DNA of 56,120 nt, taken from the NCBI GenBank assembly GCA_048885525.1, contig JBHLLP010000019.1:3930-60049 (forward strand), given 5' to 3'. The position numbers were made by a program, and so were the translations under genes. Below the pieces are notes generated by a model. The model saw only the letters and a program-made list of their open reading frames with translations, had not been told where the DNA came from and made no database searches. Each line of letters opens with the position of its first letter. Position 1 is the stretch's first letter. Below, piece after piece: positions 9,001 to 19,797 of this stretch. Source of the stretch: Candidatus Hermodarchaeota archaeon. Its GTDB lineage: Archaea; Asgardarchaeota; Lokiarchaeia; Sigyniarchaeales; SOKP01.

Positions 9001-11562
9001 ATGACTAATAATCATAATAATAAGGAAAAGGAAGAGGTTGAAATAATACAACCAAGTGCCACCCATAAACCTCACTTTTTTATGGATTCAGAAAAAAAGA
9101 AGTTGGAACATCCTCGAAGGGAGCTTTGGAAATGGTTATTTTCATATATTAAACCATTTAAATGGAAATTTGTAACCTTTTTTATCTTGCTGTTGATTGG
9201 TACTTTGATAACTTCAATAACACCTTTAATCTCCGCTAATATTATCGACTTAGGAATCATAGCTGGGAATTCCCAATATATAATCGTTATGAGTTCTTTT
9301 TATTTTGGATTACTTTTAATCATGGCAATAATTACTTATTTTTCTCAGTTTGGCATGGGGAAAATTTCTCAAAAAATTACTTATGAAATACGAAATGATC
9401 TTTTTTTCAAATTACAAGATATGTCTTTAGGCTATTTTGATAAAAGAGCTTCTGGAGATATAATTTCTATTACAACAAATGATGTTACACTTCTTAATCA
9501 ATTAGTTGGGGGGCAATTTGTTCAAATTATCAATAGTATAGTTAGTTTAGGACTTACCATTCTGATTATGTATTTCTTGAATTTCTATTTGGCTTTAATC
9601 TCGATGATTATCTTCCCAATATTTTTTATCTTTACATATTTATTTAGAAAGGTTGCCATGAAATTGTTTAAAGAATCTCGGAAAACAATTGGGGGAGTTA
9701 CATCCACAATTCAAGAGAATGTTGCAGGAGCAAAAGTAGTCCAAGCATACGGTCAAGAAAAAAGGGCTTCAGTGGAGTTTGATAAAGCAAATATTGCTAA
9801 TTATAATGCTATGCTAAAAATAAGAAAGTTTATGGCAACAATTTTTCCTCTTATTGGTTTTGTAACAACACTTCTCACTGCAGGTATATTATTAGTAGGT
9901 GGATTTGTTTATCTAGGGAATGTTTCAGTTTTCGGAGTTACTGTGACCATAGGAATTCTTAGCGCCTATATAACTATTTTAGGACAATTTTTCAGACCAT
10001 TCATGATGCTAATGCAAATTCAAGAGATTATTGCCTCTTCACTGGCTGCGAGTGATAGGATTTATACTTTATTGGAAGAGAAAGTTGAAATTCCTGATGT
10101 TGATAATCCTATTAAGATTAGAAATGTTTTGGGAAAAATTGAATTTGATAATGTTAGTTTTGGATATAATATAGAGGACAATGAGTTAATTGAACTCGGT
10201 GGTGAGAGCGTAGTAAAATCAACTCCGACAATGAAGAAGCAAGGTCCACAGAATTTGCTAATGAGGGAACCACACATGGGAATGAATCCAAAGGATATGC
10301 AAAATAATCCGATGATGCAAAGAGCAATTCAATTTATTAAATCACTTCCTGAACCCTATTCTTCTTTTATGATAAAAAATGGTATGGCTATGCCCCAAAA
10401 TATAAGAATGAAACTATTCATGAATGTTATGGGTAAAAATCCATCAGAAATCCCTACCCTTATTGATACTACGTTATCAGAGTTTGGATATGCCGTACCT
10501 AGTACTAATTTTTCAAAAAGCCATCCAGAATACAAGACTTCTTTTAGTATTGCTAAAGGGGAAGAAATAACGAAAGGTTCCTTGCCTGGATTGCCTTCTG
10601 AAGCAATCTTACAAATGTCGAAATTTCTAGAAATGAATTTAAGAAATAAAGCAGCAATTCAGCAAACTTCTGGTGGAATGCAGACTGAAAGTCCGCAAAT
10701 GATGGGAGGAATGCCCCAAATGTCACCTAAATCAATGATTAGGATGCTAGCAAGTACCGAAATTCCTGAAGAAGTTTATAATCAACTTCCTAAAATTGTC
10801 CAAGATGCAATCGAAGAGGAAAAAGTCCTAATTAGACATGAACAGTCAAAAGGTTATGTATTAAAAAATGTGGATTTGGATGTAGAAGCGGGAAAAACTC
10901 TCGCTATTGTTGGAGAAACTGGAGCAGGGAAAACAACAATAGTAAAATTGATTTCCCGATTTTATGATGTAAATTATGGAGATATTAAGCTTGACGACAT
11001 TAGTATACGTGAGATATCTAAAAAAGATTTAAGAGATCTAATAGGTTTAGTCCCTCAAGATGCATTTCTCTTTACTGGCACGATTAGAGAAAATTTGCTT
11101 TATGCATTTGATGATCCAACACCCGAAATCGAGAAGAAAATGATTGAGGTTTCAAAATTTCTTGGATTACATAATTTTATTGAGGCTTTACATAAGAAAT
11201 ATGATACTAAACTAAAAGAAAATGCGTCCAATATATCTATTGGCCAACGCCAGTTAATAGCTTTTGCTAGAGCCTTGATTACCGATCCCAAAATTTTAAT
11301 ACTTGATGAGGCAACTTCCTCTGTTGATCCATATACTGAAACTCTAATTCAAGATGCTCTAAATAAAGCGAGAAAAGGAAGGACAACGATTATTATAGCA
11401 CATCGGCTTTCTACGATAAAAAACGCAGATTATATAATTGTATTAAGTGCAGAAAAAAAAGGAATAGTTGAGCAAGGCAATCACGATGATCTATTAACCA
11501 CCAATGGGAAATATAAGCGCCTCTTAGAAATGCAGCGTCGTGATATTGAGATTGGAAATTAA
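9001..11562 (+). CDS. ABC exporter, fused permease/ATPase (MdlB-like partner) with ~230-aa insertion in the NBD
   Basis: TM domain, GETGAGKTT, ISIGQRQ, ILDEATS, IAHRLST; SD GGAGG upstream. Confidence 0.9.
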   Translation: MTNNHNNKEKEEVEIIQPSATHKPHFFMDSEKKKLEHPRRELWKWLFSYIKPFKWKFVTFFILLLIGTLITSITPLISANIIDLGIIAGNSQYIIVMSSFYFGLLLIMAIITYFSQFGMGKISQKITYEIRNDLFFKLQDMSLGYFDKRASGDIISITTNDVTLLNQLVGGQFVQIINSIVSLGLTILIMYFLNFYLALISMIIFPIFFIFTYLFRKVAMKLFKESRKTIGGVTSTIQENVAGAKVVQAYGQEKRASVEFDKANIANYNAMLKIRKFMATIFPLIGFVTTLLTAGILLVGGFVYLGNVSVFGVTVTIGILSAYITILGQFFRPFMMLMQIQEIIASSLAASDRIYTLLEEKVEIPDVDNPIKIRNVLGKIEFDNVSFGYNIEDNELIELGGESVVKSTPTMKKQGPQNLLMREPHMGMNPKDMQNNPMMQRAIQFIKSLPEPYSSFMIKNGMAMPQNIRMKLFMNVMGKNPSEIPTLIDTTLSEFGYAVPSTNFSKSHPEYKTSFSIAKGEEITKGSLPGLPSEAILQMSKFLEMNLRNKAAIQQTSGGMQTESPQMMGGMPQMSPKSMIRMLASTEIPEEVYNQLPKIVQDAIEEEKVLIRHEQSKGYVLKNVDLDVEAGKTLAIVGETGAGKTTIVKLISRFYDVNYGDIKLDDISIREISKKDLRDLIGLVPQDAFLFTGTIRENLLYAFDDPTPEIEKKMIEVSKFLGLHNFIEALHKKYDTKLKENASNISIGQRQLIAFARALITDPKILILDEATSSVDPYTETLIQDALNKARKGRTTIIIAHRLSTIKNADYIIVLSAEKKGIVEQGNHDDLLTTNGKYKRLLEMQRRDIEIGN

Positions 11563-11664
11563 AAGGATTTTAACTTTTAATTTAAGTAGGTGAAGATCAA
11601 AAAAATCTAAATTTAAATTTATTTTAAGATTTATATATCTAATTTTTTTGACAGGTGTCTTATA

Positions 11665-12435
11665 ATTCCATACTTTGAATATTCTGGAAAGCAAATTTTT
11701 TACCAGATTAAAGACAACAATTCTGAAAAGATTCTAATTTTCATACATGGTGCTGGAGGTAATTCAAATATATGGGAGAGTCAATTTTACTTAAAAATTG
11801 ATTTTAATATAATTGCAATTGATTTACCTTCACATAATAAATCTAACATATTCTCAGAACTAAACTTAGGTTTATATGTTGATGTTGTTAGAAATCTAGC
11901 ACAATCCTTAAAGCCTGAAAAATTAATTTTGTGTGGACATTCAATGGGAGGAGTTATTGCACAAGAATACTATTTTAGGTATCCAAATGAAATTTCAGCT
12001 CTAATTTTATGTGCTACAGGAGCAAGAATGCGTGTGAGTCCATTCATCTTTAATTCAATAAAAACTGATTACCAAAAATATTTAGAATATTTACGAACTG
12101 CTGCATTTTATAGAAAAACCTCTAGAGAAATAATAGATAATTCTATATTAGAAACCTCTCAAATAGATCCAGAGGTAACTTTTACTGATTTTAAAATTTG
12201 TGATGCTTTTGATACAATGGATAAAACAAGTTCCATTAATACACCTTGTTTGATTGTCTGCGGAAAAGCTGATCAATTAACACCTGTAAAATATTCCCAA
12301 TTTTTTCATGAAAAAATAAAAAATTCAGTGCTTTGTATAATTAAAAAAGCTGGTCATAACTTAATGCTAGAAAAGCCTAAGTATGTAAACAGAGTATTAG
12401 AGGATTTTATTAATAATAAATTAGAACGCAATTAG
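11665..12435 (+). CDS. alpha/beta hydrolase
   Basis: GHSMGG nucleophile elbow, GKADQLTP, AGH. The frame is open upstream of the track start and contains FIHGAGG and IDLPSH; probable ATT start at 11665 after AGGTG. Confidence 0.85.
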   Translation: MPYFEYSGKQIFYQIKDNNSEKILIFIHGAGGNSNIWESQFYLKIDFNIIAIDLPSHNKSNIFSELNLGLYVDVVRNLAQSLKPEKLILCGHSMGGVIAQEYYFRYPNEISALILCATGARMRVSPFIFNSIKTDYQKYLEYLRTAAFYRKTSREIIDNSILETSQIDPEVTFTDFKICDAFDTMDKTSSINTPCLIVCGKADQLTPVKYSQFFHEKIKNSVLCIIKKAGHNLMLEKPKYVNRVLEDFINNKLERN

Positions 12436-12442
12436 TCTAAAT

Positions 12443-13240
12443 ATGCGGCAATATACTTACGGTCCATTTCAGTCAAGACGATTAGGACTTTCTTTAGGTG
12501 TTAATGTTTTAGCTAATTATAAATTATGCACATATAATTGTGTATACTGTGAAATTGGTTTAACAAAAAAAGATAATTTAGTTTCTCCCAATTATAGAAT
12601 TAATTTACCACCATCACCCAATTTCAGAAAAGAATTAAAGTCAATTTTATTATATTTTCCGCATTTGAATTCAATTACTTTTGGTTATAATGGAGAACCT
12701 ACTTTGAATGAAAATCTTTTAGATTTTCTTAAAATAGCTGCAGATGTAAGAAATGAATTAAATTGGACTAATAAAAAACCAATTCTTACTTTGTTTACAA
12801 ATTCTAGCACTTTACATATCGATAACATAAGAGAAAAAATTAAAGAATTTGAGTTCGTTTTAGCAAAATTAGATGCTGGAAATAAAGAGGATTTTATAAG
12901 AACAAATCGTCCGCATCATGAAACTCCGAATATTGAAGTAATAATTGACTCATTAACAAAATTAAGAAGGGAAATGCCAGTAGATCATAATTTAGCTATT
13001 CAATGTTTAATTTATAACTCTTATAAAGAGAATTTTCTTCCAAATAATAATTCTAAAAATATTTATGATCTAGCTCATGCTTTGAAAAAGATAAAACCAA
13101 ATATAGTACAAATTTATTCGACTGCGAGAATTCCAGCAGAATATTTTGTTTATGCAATAGATCATGAAAAGAAGAGAGAAATTGCTTCTATCTTTAAAGA
13201 GATAATCAATGATGAGAAAATTGAAATTAATATCTACTAA
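12443..13240 (+). CDS. radical SAM protein
   Basis: YGPFQSRRLGLSLGVN, CTYNCVYC, GEPTL, KLDAG. Confidence 0.9.
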   Translation: MRQYTYGPFQSRRLGLSLGVNVLANYKLCTYNCVYCEIGLTKKDNLVSPNYRINLPPSPNFRKELKSILLYFPHLNSITFGYNGEPTLNENLLDFLKIAADVRNELNWTNKKPILTLFTNSSTLHIDNIREKIKEFEFVLAKLDAGNKEDFIRTNRPHHETPNIEVIIDSLTKLRREMPVDHNLAIQCLIYNSYKENFLPNNNSKNIYDLAHALKKIKPNIVQIYSTARIPAEYFVYAIDHEKKREIASIFKEIINDEKIEINIY

Positions 13241-13345
13241 TTCATAGAAAAACTTTTATTTCTAAAATAATATTTTGAAGTATTTGAAATCTTAATATTA
13301 TTTAGAGGTTAAGGATAATACATAAGAATTACACGTGAGATAAAA

Positions 13346-14350
13346 GTGGATGAAAAATATATTGCTGGAGTAGATATTGGAGGTACTTGGGTTCGAGTTG
13401 CGATTTGTACAGCGGATTTAAATGAAAAAAAAATAAAAAAAAGAATTATTAAGACGTTAAAAGAGACTAAATATTCTATTAGTAATTCAGTATGTCAAAT
13501 TTTATCAGAGATATTATCTGAAAATAACATAAAGCAAGAACAAATTTTAGGAATAGGTATAGCTACAGCAGGTCCATTAAATATGGAAAAAGGTGAGGTA
13601 TTTAATAACGCTAATCTTGGATTTAGAGTAATTCCTCTGAAAGAACCAATTAAAAAAAAATTTCCGGGAATTCCAATCTATTTTATTAATGATTGTAATG
13701 GTAGTGTACTAGGGATACATTTTTTTGAAGCAGAGGATGATGAAAAAGACAATTTAGTATATATTACAATGTCTACTGGAATAGGAGGTGGAGTGATTTG
13801 CAGTGGACATCTTTTACTTGGAAAAGAGGGTAATGCGGGAGAAATAGGTCATGCAAAAGTTGAACCAAAAAGTAGATTTAAATGCAATTGTGGTGCATAT
13901 GGCTGTTGGGAGGCTTATAGTTCCGGGACAGGAGTAAAAAATAGAGCTTTGGATGCTTTAAATGAAAGGAAATTAAAGGCCGATATATTGATGCAAATTG
14001 TAGAGAATAATAAAAATAACATAACAGCAAAAGAAATTTTTCAAGCAGCAAAGAACGGAGATGAGTTATCAAAAAAGATCGTTGAAGATTGTGTATATTA
14101 TACAAAAATAGGCGTTGGTTTAGTTAATAACTATTATGATTGTAGTTCAATTTATTTTGGGGGTGCTATGATTAAAGATAAAGACCAGATAATTCCTCCA
14201 ATAATCGAACAATTTGAAAAAGATCCAATTAAATTTACTATAAATCACCCTCCAAAGATAAAATTAACAAAATTTCAAGAAGAGATAGGATTAAGAGGAG
14301 CTTTAGCCCTTGTTAAATACAAGGTGGAAAAAAATGAAATAATTCTTTAA
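13346..14350 (+). CDS. ROK family sugar kinase (glucokinase-like)
   Basis: GVDIGGT, INDCN, STGIGGG, GEIGH, Zn motif CNCGAYGCWEAYSSG. Confidence 0.9.
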   Translation: MDEKYIAGVDIGGTWVRVAICTADLNEKKIKKRIIKTLKETKYSISNSVCQILSEILSENNIKQEQILGIGIATAGPLNMEKGEVFNNANLGFRVIPLKEPIKKKFPGIPIYFINDCNGSVLGIHFFEAEDDEKDNLVYITMSTGIGGGVICSGHLLLGKEGNAGEIGHAKVEPKSRFKCNCGAYGCWEAYSSGTGVKNRALDALNERKLKADILMQIVENNKNNITAKEIFQAAKNGDELSKKIVEDCVYYTKIGVGLVNNYYDCSSIYFGGAMIKDKDQIIPPIIEQFEKDPIKFTINHPPKIKLTKFQEEIGLRGALALVKYKVEKNEIIL

Positions 14351-14367
14351 AAACACATTAATTAAAA

Positions 14368-15792
14368 ATGGAAGTTAATAATCTAATCTTTACTTTAAGT
14401 GGAATCAGAGGCCGTTTTGAGAAAGATCTAAATTTCAATACTGTTAAAAAAATCGCAATTGCGTTTGGATTATGGATTGATGGAAAAGATAAAGAAGTAA
14501 TTTTAGGCAGAGATACTAGACCTAGTAGCCATCTTATTGAACAAGCATTAATAGAAGGGTTAAGTTTTTCCGGTTTTAAAATATTAAGTATTGGAGTATG
14601 CCCTACACCCGTAATAATTCATGCTAAAAATAAATTAAAAATCCCTGCAGGTATTATCATAACAGGTTCTCATAATCCTCAACAATGGAATGGCTTAAAA
14701 TTATTATCTACAAAAACCTTTTTAAACGCTGATGATTTAAAAATAATTTCAATTTATTTAGAGAACATTGATTTAAATTCTTATAATATGGATCAATCTA
14801 GTAAAATCCATAATATCGAAACTTTAAATCCAATTAGAGGCTATATTCAAGATTTATTAAATTACATTGATCATTTAGAGATAAAAAGTAAAAATAATCT
14901 TAGAGTAGTTGTAGATTCGGGAGCAGGAGCGGGAAAACTTGTAACACCAAAAGTACTAAATGAATTGGGATGTCATACAAAATTGATTAATAATGATTTG
15001 CTTTTAAATAAAGATTTCCCTAGAGGGATTGAACCAATAAAGGAAAATCTCAAAGACTTAATTATGGAAGTGTGGCAAGGGAAATATGACGTTGGATTCG
15101 CTCATGATACTGATGCGGATAGATTAGCAATAGTCGGAGAAAATGGTATATGTTATCCTGAAGATGTAGGATTGGCAATAATTACAAAATATTACTTAGA
15201 AAATTACAGAAACTTAGATAAAAAGATATTTTTTGTAACAAATTTGGCCTCCTCTTTAAGGTTTGAAGCAATCGCAGAAAAATTTAATGCTCAAATTATA
15301 AGAACTCCTATAGGAGAGCGTTTTTTAATGGAAGAAATGGATGGATTAATATCAAATCAATCAGAGAATCGTTTAGTTTTTGGTGGAGAGGGATCATGTG
15401 GGGGTTTCATGTTTCCATATTTCAATAATACTAGAGATGGTATTTTCGCAGCTGCAAAAATAGTAGAAATTCTTGTAAAAACAGGAAAAAGTATATCAAC
15501 TCTAGTATCAGAACTGCCTAAATATTATTCTTATCGATTAAAAATCAACACAAAAAACATTGACATTACTTCACTTATTAAAAAGGTGAAAACCGAATTG
15601 ATAAATGAAGGAGAGAATGTCGAGCAAATAAACAATGATCTTAAATTTGGGAAGGGAAAAGATTGGTTTGTTCTAATCCATCCATCTAATACAGAACCAG
15701 TAATTAGAGTGATAAGTGAAGCAAAAAGAGAATCTCTAGCTAGAGTGTATTGTGAAGCAACAGCAGAACTTGTAAAATTAATCATTTCCTAA
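14368..15792 (+). CDS. phosphomannomutase/phosphoglucomutase family (alpha-D-phosphohexomutase)
   Basis: GRDTR, ITGSHNP, DTDADR, GGEGS, SNTEP. Confidence 0.9.
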   Translation: MEVNNLIFTLSGIRGRFEKDLNFNTVKKIAIAFGLWIDGKDKEVILGRDTRPSSHLIEQALIEGLSFSGFKILSIGVCPTPVIIHAKNKLKIPAGIIITGSHNPQQWNGLKLLSTKTFLNADDLKIISIYLENIDLNSYNMDQSSKIHNIETLNPIRGYIQDLLNYIDHLEIKSKNNLRVVVDSGAGAGKLVTPKVLNELGCHTKLINNDLLLNKDFPRGIEPIKENLKDLIMEVWQGKYDVGFAHDTDADRLAIVGENGICYPEDVGLAIITKYYLENYRNLDKKIFFVTNLASSLRFEAIAEKFNAQIIRTPIGERFLMEEMDGLISNQSENRLVFGGEGSCGGFMFPYFNNTRDGIFAAAKIVEILVKTGKSISTLVSELPKYYSYRLKINTKNIDITSLIKKVKTELINEGENVEQINNDLKFGKGKDWFVLIHPSNTEPVIRVISEAKRESLARVYCEATAELVKLIIS

Positions 15793-16271
15793 ACAAGTTT
15801 TTTTCAATAGATTTCCCATTATTTTCCCATTCTTTCTTGTTTATAGCAATAGATTAGAAATTGACCATTAATTTTATAAGTTTGGTTATGTTATAATTTT
15901 ATTAAACATATTTGTTGATTATATCATGGTAATTAAAGAAAATAATTGGATTGGAACTCACCAAGGAGATACGGTAGTTCAAGATCCATCTTGTAATAAA
16001 ACAATTATCATGGTAATGATGTTTTTAGGATTTGTAGCTTATAATCCTATTACATTATCATTATAAAAACTCTGAAATCAACATATCGCCAATACTTTTC
16101 CTCTGCGTTCTCGATTACCAATCTTTTTTTCTTTATCTATTTGATTCTATTCTAAGAATTCAGGAAATTTTCAACTCGGATAGACGAAAATCCTTTAAAA
16201 ACTGAAGATCTAAATATGTTTTTATTGCAAAAAAGTGAATAATCTTATAAATTTAATAAAAGGTAGAAAAA

Positions 16272-17528
16272 ATGTCAGAATTGAAGGAATATACTCAAGA
16301 AGAGTTAATGGAATCTTCTTTAGAGGTAGAAGGTAAGGATTCCAATATAAATTTAAAAAGTTGGAGATCTAATATATGGAAATCATATCTAATTCACTTT
16401 ATAGAAGGTTTTCATTTAATTTCAGGAATTTTAATACCATTTTTCTTAACATGGGGTAAATTAACATTTGTCGAAGTAATGTTTTTACAAAGTTACTTTA
16501 CTATTATGATATTGGTTTTTGAAATTCCTTGTGGTGCTATAGCGGATTACATAAGCAGAAAGTTTTCTTTAATATTAGGCGCATTAGCGACTGCATTTGC
16601 AGGATTAATCTATGGAAGTTATCCAAGTATATTCGTATTTGCTATAGGTGAGACTTTATGGGCTTTTGGGGCAGCATTGACTTCAGGTACTGATGCAGCT
16701 TTCATCTATGACACATTGAGAAAATTGGGACGAGAGAATGATGTTTCAAAAATATCTGCTAGGAATAGAAGTTTCAGTTTACTTGGTATCGCAATTTCTG
16801 CACCAATTGGATCGTTGATTGGTGCTTTATTTTCATTGAACCTGGTAATGAGTCTTATATTCATTCCCTTTTTCATGGCAACGTTGATATCATTATCCTT
16901 GAAAGAACCTAACCATGACTTAGAAAGAAAGGAAAAAGAAAATTATATCACTATAATAAAGTCTGGAGTTAGAGAATTAACGAAAAATAAAATTCTAAGG
17001 ATACTATCTGTTGAAATGGTAATAACAGAATCTCTGGTGTTCTTCTTAATATGGACTTATCAGGTTTACCTTGAAGCATTAAATTTTCAGTTAATTTTCT
17101 TTGGATTCGTAAGTACATCAATGACGGGGATGCAAATCATCTTTAACAATATAATTCCAACTCTAGAGAATAAGCTAAGTAACAAGAGAAGGTTTCTCCA
17201 ATTGTATACAATAATTCCAGGGATTGCTTTCATCTTAATGGCAATAATACACTTCATACCAGTGAGCATTCCTTTAATTCTCATTGTGATTGGATTTGGT
17301 TTTTCAAGGAGTTTGATTTTTGTTAAAGGAATAAATAAACAAATTGAAACCGACAATAGAGCAACAACGATAAGCACAATCAATATGATAGCAAGTCTTA
17401 TAAGAGCTACCCTTTACCCTCTTGTAGGGTATTTAGTGATGTGGAATTTAAATGCAACTTTTATTATATTAGGTACATTGATAATTGTATTTGCGTTGCT
17501 TTCAAGGATCAAGAGTGAAAATTTATAA
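16272..17528 (+). CDS. MFS transporter
   Basis: About 12 TM segments, EIPCGAIADYISRK motif A, SGTDAAFIYD. Confidence 0.85.
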   Translation: MSELKEYTQEELMESSLEVEGKDSNINLKSWRSNIWKSYLIHFIEGFHLISGILIPFFLTWGKLTFVEVMFLQSYFTIMILVFEIPCGAIADYISRKFSLILGALATAFAGLIYGSYPSIFVFAIGETLWAFGAALTSGTDAAFIYDTLRKLGRENDVSKISARNRSFSLLGIAISAPIGSLIGALFSLNLVMSLIFIPFFMATLISLSLKEPNHDLERKEKENYITIIKSGVRELTKNKILRILSVEMVITESLVFFLIWTYQVYLEALNFQLIFFGFVSTSMTGMQIIFNNIIPTLENKLSNKRRFLQLYTIIPGIAFILMAIIHFIPVSIPLILIVIGFGFSRSLIFVKGINKQIETDNRATTISTINMIASLIRATLYPLVGYLVMWNLNATFIILGTLIIVFALLSRIKSENL

Positions 17529-17540
17529 TAATTTTTTTTT

Positions 17541-19370
17541 TTAAAATTTTTTTAATTGTTCTATTATTTTTTTAGCTAATTTCTCTCCTACTATTTGAAT
17601 TATATCTTTTAAAGAGGCTTTTTTAATTTTTTCAACACTTCCAAAATGTTTAAGTAATTTATTTCTAGTAATTGGCCCTACTCCTTCGATATCGTCTAAA
17701 ACTGATCCAGTTATTCGTCTTTTTCTCTGCTTTTTTTGAAGTCTGACAGCAAATCGGTGAGCTTCATCTCTAACTCTTTGGAATAGCTTTAATGAAGAGG
17801 AATTTTTAGGTAAAACAACTGGATCTCTTTCAGAGGGTAAATATATTTCTTCATACTTTTTAGCTAGCCCAATAATAGGTATGTTAAGGTTTAATTCTTT
17901 TAAAACTGATAAACCCGCATTTAATTGTCCCTTCCCTCCATCTACTAAGATTAAATCGGGTAATTCTAAATTCCTTTCTAAAAGCATAGAATATCGTCTT
18001 CTTATGACTTCTTTCATCATAGCAACATCGTCTGGCGTTGTTTTAGAACGAATTTTGAAGTGTCTATAATATTTAGTATAAGGTTTTGCGTCAAGAAAAT
18101 AAACCATAGATCCTGTCGCATCTGTTCCATCAATATTGGAGATATCAAATCCTTCAATAATCCTTGGTAATTTCCTCAAATTTAGATTTTCTTTTATTTC
18201 TTGGAGTATTTTCTCCCGAAATTCAGCTTCATTCATCTTAATTTCCTCCATTTGCACTGCCTGTTCAACCATAACTTTAGCGTTCTTGTTCGCTATTCTC
18301 AGCAAACTAGTCTCATTTTCACTGATTGGAGTCCGTATTTCAATATCTTTTTTTGTATCTTTTAAAAATGCGGAAAGCAATCTAAATCTCTCATTCATTT
18401 TTGAGATGATTATATTATCAGGTAATTGTGATTTAAAATCCTGATAATACTGCTCTAAAATTGAATTTAACACCTCGCTTTTTTGAATCAATTTCTCTCG
18501 TAAGTCAAAACTAAATGAACTTTTATTTATAATCCTACTTTCTCTGATATGTATGATAACCATAGCCATGTAATTTTCATTATTGAAAAAGCCAACTATA
18601 TCCTTATTTTCTTCATTTGCCATTAAAACATGCTGTCGGTCAGTAGCATGGTCAATATCTTCCAATTTATCCCTCCAAAAAGCTGCGAGTTCAAATTCTT
18701 GTTTCTTTGAAGCCTTTAACATCCTTTCCTTAATCTGGCTTTTTAATTGATTTGTTTCTCCTTTTAGGAATAATTCAATTTTTTTAATATTTTCCCGATA
18801 TTCTTCTTTCGTAATATCACTAACACATGGACCTGGACAAAGTTTCAATTGAAAATACAAGCAAGGTCTCTTTTTTATTTTAACTGGCTTTTTACATGAA
18901 CAATATGGAAATACTTTTCTTAGATCTCTTAATATTCTAATTATTTCCTTTTTATCGGTATAAGGTCCTAAAAATAAGTTATCTTGGGAATATTTTTCTG
19001 GGTTTCTAAGCACACGGATTCTTGGAAAGTCCTCAGTGTAAAAAATTGCCACCCAAGGATATGTTTTTGAATCCCTCATAATTACATTGAAACGAGGAAG
19101 ATGCTTTTTAATTTGGATGTTTTCTAAAATTAAAGCCTCTTTTTCATTTTCAGTAACAATATATTCAATATTGTGTATGTTTTTTACAAGTTCCCTGATT
19201 TTTTCTTCATAATAAGGATCATTGAAGTGAGATTTTAAAAAATATTGGTTAACTCTTTTTTTCAGATTCAAAGCTTTTCCTATATAAATAACTGATCTCT
19301 TCTTATCAAGAAAAAGATAAACCCCAGGTTCATTTGGCAAACTTTTCCTTTGCAATTCTAAACTGGACAT
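17541..19370 (-). CDS. uvrC: excinuclease ABC subunit C
   Basis: GIY-YIG (PGVYLF...YIGKA), Cys cluster, UVR domain, IEGFDISN, PDLILVDGGKGQ, RDEAHRFA, C-terminal HhH. Confidence 0.95.
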   Translation of the reverse strand: MSSLELQRKSLPNEPGVYLFLDKKRSVIYIGKALNLKKRVNQYFLKSHFNDPYYEEKIRELVKNIHNIEYIVTENEKEALILENIQIKKHLPRFNVIMRDSKTYPWVAIFYTEDFPRIRVLRNPEKYSQDNLFLGPYTDKKEIIRILRDLRKVFPYCSCKKPVKIKKRPCLYFQLKLCPGPCVSDITKEEYRENIKKIELFLKGETNQLKSQIKERMLKASKKQEFELAAFWRDKLEDIDHATDRQHVLMANEENKDIVGFFNNENYMAMVIIHIRESRIINKSSFSFDLREKLIQKSEVLNSILEQYYQDFKSQLPDNIIISKMNERFRLLSAFLKDTKKDIEIRTPISENETSLLRIANKNAKVMVEQAVQMEEIKMNEAEFREKILQEIKENLNLRKLPRIIEGFDISNIDGTDATGSMVYFLDAKPYTKYYRHFKIRSKTTPDDVAMMKEVIRRRYSMLLERNLELPDLILVDGGKGQLNAGLSVLKELNLNIPIIGLAKKYEEIYLPSERDPVVLPKNSSSLKLFQRVRDEAHRFAVRLQKKQRKRRITGSVLDDIEGVGPITRNKLLKHFGSVEKIKKASLKDIIQIVGEKLAKKIIEQLKKF

Positions 19371-19536
19371 ATTTAATAGGATTTATTAAAGCTTTTTAAG
19401 AGTTAATTGAGAAATTAATCCTATGATCCATTTATAATATAAGAGATTAATATTTTATTGTTATACTGATATTCTTATAAATTTATTAGAAAATCATAAC
19501 GTATTAATATTAACTAAAGCATGTTGAATATTAGAT

Positions 19537-19719
19537 ATGGTAAATATTAGGATTTGTCCAAGATGTAAGGAGCCAAAATTAAAAAATGCAATTAATATTT
19601 CGGGATGGTTAGCACCTGATTTATATGAATGCACTGTCTGTGGTTATATTGGACGTTTTTATATTGAAATCGATTCTGAGGATTATAAATTAGATCAAGA
19701 AGAAATCTCAGAAGAATGA
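19537..19719 (+). CDS. small zinc-ribbon protein
   Basis: CPRC...YECTVCGY, acidic tail. Confidence 0.7.
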   Translation: MVNIRICPRCKEPKLKNAINISGWLAPDLYECTVCGYIGRFYIEIDSEDYKLDQEEISEE

Positions 19720-19797
19720 CTCAATTTGATAAATATCTAAGTTTTTAAATATATAAAATTATTAGCTAAGAATAAGAAAAGGTTTTGTGAATCTAAT

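Noticed and set aside
10168-10854. Intein in the ABC transporter
   Set aside because: No N-terminal Cys/Ser block, no His-Asn before Cys/Ser/Thr, and no LAGLIDADG motifs.
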